Assembly: GCF_009914755.1 (NCBI RefSeq)
Contig: NC_060943.1
From: the human T2T-CHM13v2.0 reference genome, Homo sapiens
Length of the DNA stretch: 64,000 nucleotides
Strand: one strand, 5' to 3'
This document shows, one piece after another, positions 12,301-33,006 of this stretch (the stretch's first letter is position 1; each line of letters begins with the position of its first letter). The notes beneath the pieces are model-generated. The model saw only the letters and a program-made list of their open reading frames with translations, was not told the origin of the DNA and made no database searches. The position numbers and the translations under genes were made by a program.

Positions 12301-15300
12301 AAAACTAGAAGGAAGCTACCTGTGAAACTGCTTTGTGATGTGTGTATCCATCTCACTGAGTTAAAACTGTCTTTTATTCAGTAGGTTGTAAACCCTCTTT
12401 TGGTAGAATCTGCAAAGGGACCTATCACAGCCTGTTGAGGCCTATGGTGAAAAAACGGATATCCCCAGATAAAAACTAGAAAGAAGCTATTTCTGAAACT
12501 GCATTGTGATTTGTGCATTTATCTCACAGAGTTAAATGTTTTTATTGATTCAGCAGGATGAAAACACTCTTTTTGTAGAATCTGCAAAGGGACATTTGGG
12601 AGTTCTTTTAGGCTTATGGTGAAAAACTGAATACCTCCAGAAAAAAAACTAGAAACAAGCTATCTGTGAAATTGATTTGTGATGTGTGCATTCACCTCAC
12701 AGATTTTAATCTTTCTTTTCATTCAGTGAGCTGAAAACACTCTTTTTTTAGAATCTGCAAAGGGACACATGGGAACCCATAAAGGCCTATGGTGAAAAAT
12801 TGAATATCCCCAGATAAAAAGTAGGAACAAGCTGTCTGTGATACTGCATTGTGATGTGTGATTTATCTCACATAGGTAAATATTTCTTTTGATTCAGCAG
12901 ATTGCAAACACTGTTTTAGTAGAATCTGTGGAGGTACATTTGGGAACCTATTCAGGCCTATGGTGAAAAACAGTATACATTCAGAAAAAAACCTGAAAGA
13001 ACATATCTGTGAAACTGATTTTTGATGTGTGGATTCATCTCACAGAGATAAACATTTCTTTAGATACAGCAGTGTTGAAATATTCTTTAAATAGAATCTG
13101 TGAAGAGACATTTGTAAGACCATGGAGGCCTAAGTTGAAAAACAGAATATCACCAGATAAAAACTACAAAGAAACTATCTGGGACATTTCTTTGTGATGT
13201 GTGGTTTCCCCCACAGAGTTAAACCTTCTTTCGATTTAGCACGTTATAAACACTCTTTTACTAGGATCTGTGAAGGGAAATTTGTGAGCCCATTTTAGCC
13301 TATGTTGAAAAACTGAATATCCCAAGATAAAAAGATAAAAACCAGAAAGAAGCTATTAGTGAAATTGTTTTGGATGTGTGGATTCATCTCACAGACTTAA
13401 ATCTTTCTTTTGTTTAAGCAGGTTTTAAACACTTTTGGTAGAATCTGTGGAGGGACATTTGGGAGCCTATTAAGTCCTATAGTGAAAAACTGAATATCCC
13501 CAGATTAAAACTAGAAAGAAGCCATCTGTAAAACTGCTTTGTTATGTGTGGATTCATCTCACAGAGTTAAAACTTTCTGTCAATTCAGCAGGTTTGAAAT
13601 AATCTTTTTGTAGAAGCTGTGAAAGGACATTTGGGAGCCCTTTGTGAATAACCAAATGTCCCCAGATAAAAACTAGGAAGAAGTTATTGGTGAAACCGCT
13701 TTGAGATGTGTGGATTCATCTCAAAGTTACATTTTTCTTTTCCCAGCAGGTGCAAAACAATTTTTGGTAGAATCTGCGAAGGGACATTTCAGAGCCCATA
13801 AAGTCCTATGATGAAAAACAAATTATCCCCAGATAAAAACTAGAATCAAGCTATCTGTGAAATAACTTTGTGACATGTAGATTCATCTCAGAGTTAAACT
13901 TATTTTTTGATTCAGCAGGTGGGAAAAACTCTTTTGGTAGGATTTGCAGAGGGACATTTTGGAGCCCATTGAGACCTATGTTGTAAAACAAAATATCCCT
14001 AGATATAAACTAGAAAGAAGATCTCATGAAACAGCATTGTGATTTGTGGATTCATCTGACACAGTTAAAAATTTCTTTTGATTCAGCAGTTTGGAAACAC
14101 TGTTTTGGTAGATCCTGTGAAGGGACATTTTGGAGCCCTTTGAGGAATATGGTAAAAAACATAATTTCCCCAGATATATTAAGAGGAAGCTAACTGTGAA
14201 AGTGCTCTGGGATGTGCGTATTCACCTAAGACTTAGACCTTTCTTTTGATTCAGGATGTTGGAAACACTCTTTTGGTAGAATCTGCAAAGACATATTTGG
14301 GAACCCATTGAGGCTTATAATGAAAAACTGAACATTCAAAGACAAAAACTACAAAGAAGCTATATGTGAAACTGCTTTTTGATGTATGGATTCATCTCAC
14401 AGAATTAAACCTTTGTTTTGATTCAGCAGGTTGGAAACACTATTTTGGCATAAATTGCCAAGGTACATATGGGAGCCCTTTGAAGCCTACAGTGAAGTGC
14501 TGAATATCTCCAGATAAAAATTCGAATGAAGCTATCTGTAAAAGTAGTTTCTGACGTGTGGATTCTTTGCACAGAGTTAAAAGTTTCTTTGATTCAGCAG
14601 GTTGCAAACACTCCTTTGCTAGAATCTGTGAAGGGACATTCCGAGCCCACTGTAGCCTATGGAGAAAAATGGAATATCCCAGGATAAAAACTAGAAAGAA
14701 GCTATATGTTAAACTGCTTTGTGTTGTGTGGATTCATCTCTCAGAGTTAAAGGTATCTTTTGATTACGTAGCTTGCAAACATTCCTTTTGTAGAATCTGT
14801 GAAGGGACATTTGGTAGCACTTTGAGGGGTGTAGTAAAAACAGAGTATCCCCAGATAAAAACTAGAAAGCAGCTATAGTTATAACTGCTTTGTGATGTGT
14901 GGATTCATCTCAGAGAGTTAAACCTTTTTTTGATTCAGCAATTTGCATACAATTCTTTTGTAGGATCTGTGAAGGAATATTTTGGAGTCCATTTTGGCCT
15001 ATGGTGAAAGATCAAATATCCCCAGATAAAAACTGAAAGAAGTTAACTGTGAGACTGCTTTGTGATATGGGGATTCATGTCACAGAGTTAAACATTTGTT
15101 TTGACTGAGCAGGTTGGAAATATTCTTTTGGAAAACTCTGTTGAGTTACGTTAGGGAGCCCTTTACAGCTTATGGTGAAAAACCAAATGTTCCCAGATAA
15201 AAAGTTGAAAGAAGCTATCTGTGAAACTGCTTTGTGAAAGAGTATGAAAACACTCTTTTGGTAGAATCTGTGAAAAGACATTTGAAAGCCGATTGAGGTA

Positions 15301-18300
15301 TATGGTGTAAAACTGAATATCCCCAGATAAAAACTAGAAAAGAGCAATCTGTGAAACTGCTTTGTGAAGGGTTGATGCATCTCACAGAGTTATACCATTT
15401 CTTTGATTGGGCAGGTTGCAAATACTTCTTATGTAGAATCTGCAAGGGACATTCAGGAGCCCATTGAGGCCTATGGTGAAAAACAAATCTCCCCAGATAA
15501 AAACTCGAAAGAAGGTATCTGTGAAACTACATTGCGATGTGTGGATTCACCTCACAGAGCTAAACCATTCTTTTGTTTCAGCAGGTTGGAAACACTCGTT
15601 TTGTAGAATCTGCAAAGGGACATTTGTGAGCCCATTGAGCCTTATGATGAAAAACTGAATATACCCAGATAAAAACTGGAAAGAAGCTATCTGTGAAACT
15701 GCTTTATGATGTGTGGATTTAATTCACAGTGTTAAACCTTTCTTTTGATGCAGCAGCTTGCAAATACTCTTTTTTGTAGAATCTGATAAGGGACACTTAG
15801 GAGCCCTTTGAGGACTGTAGTGAAAAACTGAATATCTTCACATAAAAACTAGAAAGAGCTATCTGTGAAACTGCTTTTTTGATGAGTGGATTCATCTCAC
15901 AGTGTTAAACCTTTCCTTTGATTCAGCAGGTTGAAAGAACTCGTTTTGTGGAATCTGCAAAAAGATACGTTGAGGTCCCCTGTGGCATACAGTGGAAAAC
16001 ACAGTATCCCCAGATAAAAACTGGAAAGAAGTTCTTTGTGAACTGCTTTGTGATGTGTAAATTCATCTCACAGAGTTAAACGTTTCTTCAATTTAACATG
16101 TAGGAAACACTCTTTTGGTAGAATCTGTGAAGGGACATTTGGGAGCCCATTGAAGCCTATGGTGAAAGACAGAATATCACCAGGTATCTGTGAACTGCTT
16201 TGTGAGGTCTGAATTCATCTCAAAGAGCTAAAACATTCCTTAATACAGCATGTTGGACACACTCTTTTTGTAGAACCTGCAAAGGGACATTTGTAAGCCC
16301 TTTGAGGCCTATGGTGAAAAATTGAATGTGCACAAATAAAAACTAGAAATGAGCTGTTTGTGAAATTGCTTTGTGATCTGTGAATTCATCTCACTGAGTT
16401 AAACCTTTCTTTTGATACAGCAGGATTGAAACCCTCTTTAGTTAGAATCTGCGAAGGGACATTTGAAAACCCATAGAGGCCTATGTTGAAAAACAAAATA
16501 TCCCCAGATAAAAACTATAAATAAGCTATCTGTGATCCTGCTTTGCTATGTGTGGAATCATCTCAGAGAGTTAATCCTCTCTTTTGATTCAGCAGGTTGC
16601 AAACATTCCTTTACTAGTATCTGAGAAAGGACATTTGTGAGGCCAATGTAGCCTACTCTGAAAAATTGAATATCCAAAGGTGAAAACAAGAAAGAAGCTA
16701 TCAGTGAATATGCTTTGTGATGTGTGGATTCTTCTCATAGAGTTAAACTTTTCTTTTGATTCAAAAGTTTGGAAATATTCTTTTGGTAAATCAGGGAAGG
16801 GATATGTGGGACGCCATTAAGGCTTATGGTAAAAAAAATATTCCCAGATAAACACTAGAAAGAAGCTATCTGTGAAACTGCTTCCTGATGTGTGGATTCA
16901 TCTGACAGTGTTAAACTTTTCTTTTGATTCAGCAAGTTGGAAACCCTCTTTTGGTACAATCTGTGAAGGGACATTTTGAAGCCCTTTGAGGCCTATGGTA
17001 AGACATCGAATATCCCCAGATAATAACTACAAAGAAGCTATCTCTGAAAATTATTTCTGATGTCAGGATTCATCTCACAGAGTTAAACCTTTATTTTGAT
17101 TCACCAGGTTGGAAACACTCGTTTTGTGAAAACTGCAAAGGGACATTTCAGTGCCCACAGAGGTCTATGCTTAAAAAAAAAAAAAAAACCAATATCCCTA
17201 GATAAAAACTAGAATTAAGCTATCTGTGAAACTGCTCTGTAATGTGTGGATTCATCTCACAGAATTAAACCTTTCTTTTGATTCAGCAGGATGGAAACAC
17301 TCTTTTGGTACAATCTGCAAAGAAAAATTTGGGAACCCTTTGAGGCCTGTGGTGAAAAAAAATCCCAGATAAAAACTAGAAATAAGGTGTTTGTGAAACT
17401 GCTGTGTGATATGTGGATTCATCTCACAGGGTTAAACCTTTGTTTTGACTCAGGAGTTGTGAAACACTTTTTGGTAGAATCTGCGAAGGGATATTTTGAA
17501 GCCCATTGAGGTCTATGGTGAAATACAAATTATCCCCAGATTAAAAAAAAAAAGAAGAAGCTATCTGTGAAACTGATTTGTGATGTGTGGATTCATCTCA
17601 CAGTGGTAAACCTTTCTTTTGATTCAGCATGTTGGAAACACTTCTTTGCTAGAATCTGAGAAGGGACATTTTTGAGCCCCCTGTAATATGGTGAAAAATG
17701 GAATATAGCAAAATAAAAACTAGAAAGAAGCTGTCTGTGAAACTTCTTTATGATGTGTGGATTCATCCCCCAAGGGTTATCTTTTCTGTTGATTTAGCAG
17801 GATGCCAACACTCCTTTTGTAAAATCTGCAAAGGAACATTTGGGGGTCCATTGTGGCTTATGTTGCAAAACCAAATATCCCAAGATAAAAACTAGAAAGA
17901 AGCTATCTGTGAAACTACTTTGTGATGTGTGAATTCATCACATAGAGTTGAAACTTTCTTATGATAGAGCAGTTTGTGAACACTTTAGGTAGATAGAATC
18001 TGTGAAAAGACATTTGATAGCCAATAGAGGCCTACACTGAAAAACAGAATATGCCCAGATAAAAACTAGAAAGATGATATCTGTGAAAATTCTTTGTGAT
18101 GTGTGGATTTATCTTACAAAGTTAAACCTTTCTTTTGATTCAGCAGGTATGAAACGCTATTTTGGTAGAATCTGCCGAGGGACTCTTGGGAGACAATTGA
18201 GGCTTATTGTGAAAATCAGTATGTTCCCAGATGAAAACTACAAAGAAGGCATCTGTGAAACTGAGTTGTGATGTTTGGATTCATCTCACAGATGAATCCA

Positions 18301-20530
18301 ATCCTTTGATTCAGCAGGTTGGAAACAAACACTCTTTGGATAGAATCTGTGAAAGGACATTTGGGATCCTATTGAGGCCTATGGTAAATAACCTAATATC
18401 CCCAGATAAAAACTAGAAAGAAACTATCAGTGAATCTTCTTTGTGATGCATGGATTCATTTCACAGAGTTAAAACTTTCTTTTGATTCAGCAGGCTGGAA
18501 ACACCTTTTTCTAGAATCTGCGAAGGGGTATTTGTGAGACATTTTAGGCGTATAATGAAAAACTGAAAATCCACAGAAAAAACCATAAGGAAGCTCTTTG
18601 TGAAACTGTTTGGGATGTGTTTATTCATCTAACATAGTTCAACCTTTCTGTCAATATAGCGTGTTTGAAAAATGTTTTAGATAGCATCTATGAAGGGATA
18701 TTTAAGAGCCCATAGAGGCCTATGGTGGAAAACAGAATATCCCCAGATAAAAAGTAGAAAAAAGCTAAGCATATAACTCCCTTCTGTTGTATGGATTCAT
18801 CTCACAAAATTAAACCTTTGTTATGACACAGCATGTATGAAACACTCTTTAGTTAGTATCGGTGAAGGGACATTTACAAGCCCATAAGGGTCTATAGTTA
18901 AAAACTCAGTAACTCCAGATTAAAAACTAGAAAGAAGCTATCTGTTTAACTTACTTGTAATGTCAGGATTTTTCTTAAAGAGATAAACATTTATATTGAA
19001 TCAACAAGTTGGAATCACTCTTTTTGTAGAATCTGCCAACAGACATTATGATCCCTTAGAGGCCTATTGTGAAAAACTGAATATACCTTGATAAAAACTA
19101 GAAAGAAGCTATCTTTGAAACTGTATTGTAAAGTGTGGATTCATCTCACCTGGTTAAACATTTCCCTGAATTCATCAGGTTGGAAACGCATTTTTGTAGA
19201 CTCTGTGATGAGACATTGTGGAGCCCATTGAGTCCTATGGTGAACAACCCAATATTTCCAGATAAAAACCTGAAGGAAACTATCTGTGAAACTGTTTTGT
19301 GATGTGCAATTCATCTAACAGATTTCAACTTTTTTTTTATTCAGTAGGTTGGAGACACTCATTTGTAGAATCAGCAACAGGATATTTCAGAACCCATTGA
19401 GGCCTATGGATGAAAACCAAATATCCCAAGATCAAAACTAAAAAGGAGCTGTCAGTGAAACTGCTTTGGATGTTTTGATTTAGCTCACAGAATCAAAACT
19501 TTGTTTTGATTCATCAGGCTGTAAACAGTCTTTTGGTAGAATCTGCATAGGAACTTATCACATCCCATTGAAGCCTAAGCAGAAATAATGGATATCCCCA
19601 GATAAAAACTAGAAAGAAGTGATTTCTGAAACTGCATTGTGATTTGTGCATTTATCTCACAGGATTAAATCTTTCTATTCATTCAGCAGGATGGAAACAC
19701 TTGTTGTAGAATCTGCAAAGGGACATTTGGGAGCCCTTTTAGGCCTATGGTGAAAAACCGAATATCCCCAGATAAAAACTATAAAGAAGTGATCAGTGAA
19801 ACTGCTTTTTTGCTGTGTGTATTTATCTTACAGACTTAAACCTTTCCTTTCATTCCACAGGTTTGAAACACTCATTTTGCAGAATCTGTGAAGGGACATT
19901 CCGGAGCCCCTAGAGGCCTATTGTGAAAAAGAAAATATTCCCAGATGAAAACTAGAAAGAAGCTATCTGTGAAGTGCTCTGTGATGTGTGGAGTCATTGC
20001 ACAGAGTTAAACCCTTCTATTGATACAGCAAGATGGAAACAATCTTTAGATAGAATCTGCAAAGGAACATTTATAAGCCCTTAGAGGACTATGGTGAAAA
20101 ACAGGATATCCCCCCATAAAAACTATCAAGAAGCTATCTGTGAAACTGCTTTGTTAAGTGTGGAATCAGCTCAAAGGCTTAAAACTTTCTTTTGAATCTG
20201 CAAGTTGCAAACATTCTTTTGCTGGAATCTGTGAAGGAACATTTGCAAGCCCATTGTAGCACACTGTGAAAAATGGCATATTCAAAGATAAAAACTAGAA
20301 AGAAGATTTTAGTGAAACTACTTTGTGATGTGCAGATTCTACTCACAGAGTTTAACTTTTCTATTGATTCAGCAGGTTGGAAACACTCTTTTAGTAGAAT
20401 CAGGAAAGGGATATGTGGGAGCTCTTTGAGACCTAAGGTGAAAAATTGAATATTCCCAGATAAAAATAGAAAGATGTTATTTGTGAAACTGCTATATGAT
20501 GTGTGGATTCATATCACAGAGTTAAACCTT
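9348..20530 (+). repeat. Alpha satellite block B: a different monomer class (~172 bp)
   Basis: Diagnostic shifts relative to block A: GTGGATTC vs GTGCATTC, GGACATTTGGGAGCCC vs GGATATTTGGGAGTGC, AAAAACTGAATATCCCCAG vs AAAAAGGAAATATCTTCAG, GCTATCTGTG vs GCTTTCTGAG, CAGCAGGTTGG vs GAGCAGTTTGG. Period is 172 (gtgaaact at 10091, 10263, 10435). Confidence 0.96.
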
Positions 20531-24119
<3,589 letters not shown>

Positions 24120-25068
24120 TGTAGGGGTGGGTTGCCCCTACACACCTGTGGGTGTTTCTCGTAAGGTGGGACGAGAGATTTGGAAAAGAAAAAGACACAG
24201 AGACAAAGTATAGAGAAAGAAATAAGGGGACCCGGGGAACCAGCGTTCAGCATATGGAGGATCCCGCCAGCCTCTGAGTTCCCTTAGTATTTATTCATCA
24301 TTTGTGGGTGTTTCTCGAAGAGGGGGATGTGTCAGGGTCACAAGACAATTGTGGGGAGAGGGTCAGCAGACAAACACGTGAACAAAGGTCTTTGCATCAT
24401 AGACAATGTAAAGGATTAAGTGCTGTGCTTTTAGATATGCATACACATAAACATCTCAATGCTTTACAAAGCAGTATTGCTGCCCGCAGGTCCCACCTCC
24501 AGCCCTAAGGCGGTTTTTCCCTATCTCAGTAGATGGAGCATACAATCGGATTTTATACCTAGACATTCCATTGCCCAGGGACAGGCAGGAGACAGATGCC
24601 TTCCTCTTGTCTCAACTGCAAGAGGCATTCCTTCCTCTTTTACTAATCCTCCTCAGCACAGACCCTTTACGGGTGTCGGGCTGGGGGACGGTCAGGTCTT
24701 TCCCTTCCCACGAGGCCATATTTCAGACTATCACATGGGGAGAAACCTTGGACAATACCTGGCTTTCCTAGGCAGAGGTCCCTGCGGCCTTCCCCAGTTT
24801 TTGTGTCCCTGGGTACTTGAGATTAGGGAGTGGTGATGACTCTTAAGGAGCATGCTGCCTTCAAGCATCTGTTTAACAAAGCACATCTTGCACCGCCCTT
24901 AATCCATTTAACTCTGAGTTGACACAGCACATGTTTCAGAGAGCACGGGGTTGGGGGTAAGGTCACAGATTAACAGAATCTCAAGGCAGAAGAATTTTTC
25001 TTAGTACATAACGCAGAAGAATTTTTCTTAGTACATAACAAAATGGAGTCTCCTATGTCTACTTCTTT

Positions 25069-31038
<5,970 letters not shown>

Positions 31039-32963
31039 TTATCAAATTTAGAACGACATTGACTAGCCCAATGTTTTCCTTTTTTACATCTTGGACATAA
31101 GTCAGGTGGCTCTCTACCTGTTGTAGTTGCTTGAATAGTTATATTCTGTTTGTTTAAGACTGGGCAATTCTTTTTTAAGTGACCAATTTGACCACAATTG
31201 TAACATTTTCCTCCAAATGTTCTGACTTGTCCTCCTAAAACAACTCCTGTTATTGCTTGAGCCATAAGCATAGCTTTATGCATAGCTCCTCCCATTCCAT
31301 CACAGGCTTTTACATATTCTGAGATTACATCTGATCCTGCAGGAACCTTTCCTTTTAATGGCTTAATGGCTGATTGACACTCAGGATTGGGGTTTTCATA
31401 TGCCATCAACTCCACTATGACCTTACGGGCTTTTTCAATGGCAATTGACTTTTGAGCAACATCTTGGAGCCTTGCCACAAAATCAGGATAGGGCTCTTTT
31501 GAACCTTGTCTTACTGTATTAAATGAGGGGCAGGTACTTCCTGGGTCTTGGATTTTTTCCCAGGCTCTAAGGCAGATAGCTCTAACTTGCTCAATGGCCT
31601 CATTTTGCATTAATGCTTGTTGACTAATAGTACTCCAATTTTGACCTATTCCTAATAGTTGATCTGCATCTATGTTAACTGGAGGATTGGCAGCCCTATT
31701 TCTTCGGACCTGTTCTTGTACCCCATCAATCCACCAAGTCTTAAATTGTAAAAATTGAGAGGGTGAGAGAGACGATTTTGCCAGAATCTCCCAATCATAA
31801 GGAATGAGTCTATGTCCATGAGCAATGGAATCTAATAATGTCCTCATATAAGGGGAGTTGGGTCCATACTGTTTTACTCCCTCTTTCATATCTTTTAGCA
31901 TTTTTATCGAAAAAGACTTGTATCTGGCCTCAACTGTGGGAGGCTCTCCCTCTTGGGCTCCTTCTCCAGGTGGCATCGGTTCTAACGTTACTGGGAATTG
32001 CCATGCCTCAGTATCTCCTTCCTTTCTTGATTTATCAATAATTTCATGTAATTCACTACCCCGTCTACTAGGTGGTGCCGTAGGATTAAGTCTCCTAGTG
32101 GGCGGCTGAGGGTATGGCGCCCTGCCCTGTGGTGCTGGGGGCATTCCTGGATATCCATACTGACTTTCTAGGGGTGGCCGATACTGAAGTTCAGCCGGCG
32201 GCCAGTATTGATAGGCTACTGGCGGTTGGGTCTTATTTTCTTTAACCTGCGTTTGAGGTTGTAATGTTACGGGCACCTGACCTGCTGGAAGACGACTTGT
32301 GCCTCGTGGTTTAGACTCTGATGGCCCCACTAATTCTGGAACTTTTCCTTCTAATTTTAACGTTTCAGGATATATCACCTCCTGTAATTGATTATAGTCA
32401 ACATTTTGCGTTGACTGAGCCATTACCGGCTCTGCTACATATTCGCAATGTAAACTTTCCGTTTCTTTCTGGGATTTTTTCCTTGTGTTTTCATTACAAT
32501 CTATTATACAGCTTCCAGGGGCATCAGAAACTGAAACGCTATCTTCTTCTGTTTGAAATGGTTCTAAAGCTGCTTTAATAATGGCCCAATCATTCCATAC
32601 TGTAAGTGGAATGATATTACCCTTCCTACCTGCTTGTTTTAGTTCCTTACCAATTCTTTTCCAATCTTTTAGATCTAAAGTTCCTTGTTCTGGAAACCAT
32701 GGGCAAAATTGTTCTATTATTTGAAATAGCTTGATTAGATTTTTTGTAGATACTTTAACTCCCCCTCTTTTTAGAAGAATTTTAATAAAGCTGAGATAAG
32801 AGGCATATTTACTTTTAATTTTACTTTTAGTTTGCCCCATTATCACCCTAGCTTCTTCTGAGCGCACAAGCTTACTGTAAGGCTGACTGTAGACGTACTC
32901 AGGATCTCTCGTCGACTTGTCCTCAATGACCACGCTCGAGCGTACCTTCACCCTAGAGAAAAG

Positions 32964-32981
32964 CCTCCACGTTGGGCACCA
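32964..32981 (-). promoter_or_regulatory. Primer-binding site (tRNA-Lys type)
   Basis: TGGTGCCCAACGTGGAGG lies two bases after the LTR remnant CA. The major splice donor AAG|GTACGC follows at 32946/32945. Confidence 0.93.
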
Positions 32982-32983
32982 GA

Positions 32984-33006
32984 TGTAGGGGTGGGTTGCC
33001 CCTACA
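32984..33006 (-). repeat. 23-bp remnant of the 5' LTR (last 23 nt of U5)
   Basis: TGTAGGGGCAACCCACCCCTACA is identical to 24120-24142 and is directly bordered by the TSD ATACCT. Confidence 0.95.

Noticed and set aside
17173-17552. A-runs in block B as possible retrotransposon tails
   Set aside because: They are expansions of native A-tracts in the monomer, with no element body or TSD.
315-18416. Many 60-106 aa ORFs in alpha satellite (and likewise at 48501-55667)
   Set aside because: They are chance open frames that repeat the monomer translation (KTRKKLSVKLLCDVWIHLTEL), often with non-ATG starts and no gene structure.
1-20530. Active centromeric HOR or CENP-B boxes
   Set aside because: I saw no TTCG-N4-A-N2-CGGG box by eye. 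The monomers are A-type, about 172 bp and highly diverged, which indicates inactive flanking layers.
32841-32951. 37-aa N-terminal extension of Gag in the ORF track
   Set aside because: It begins at GTG in the leader. The authentic start is the MGQ ATG at 32840, which is required for myristoylation.
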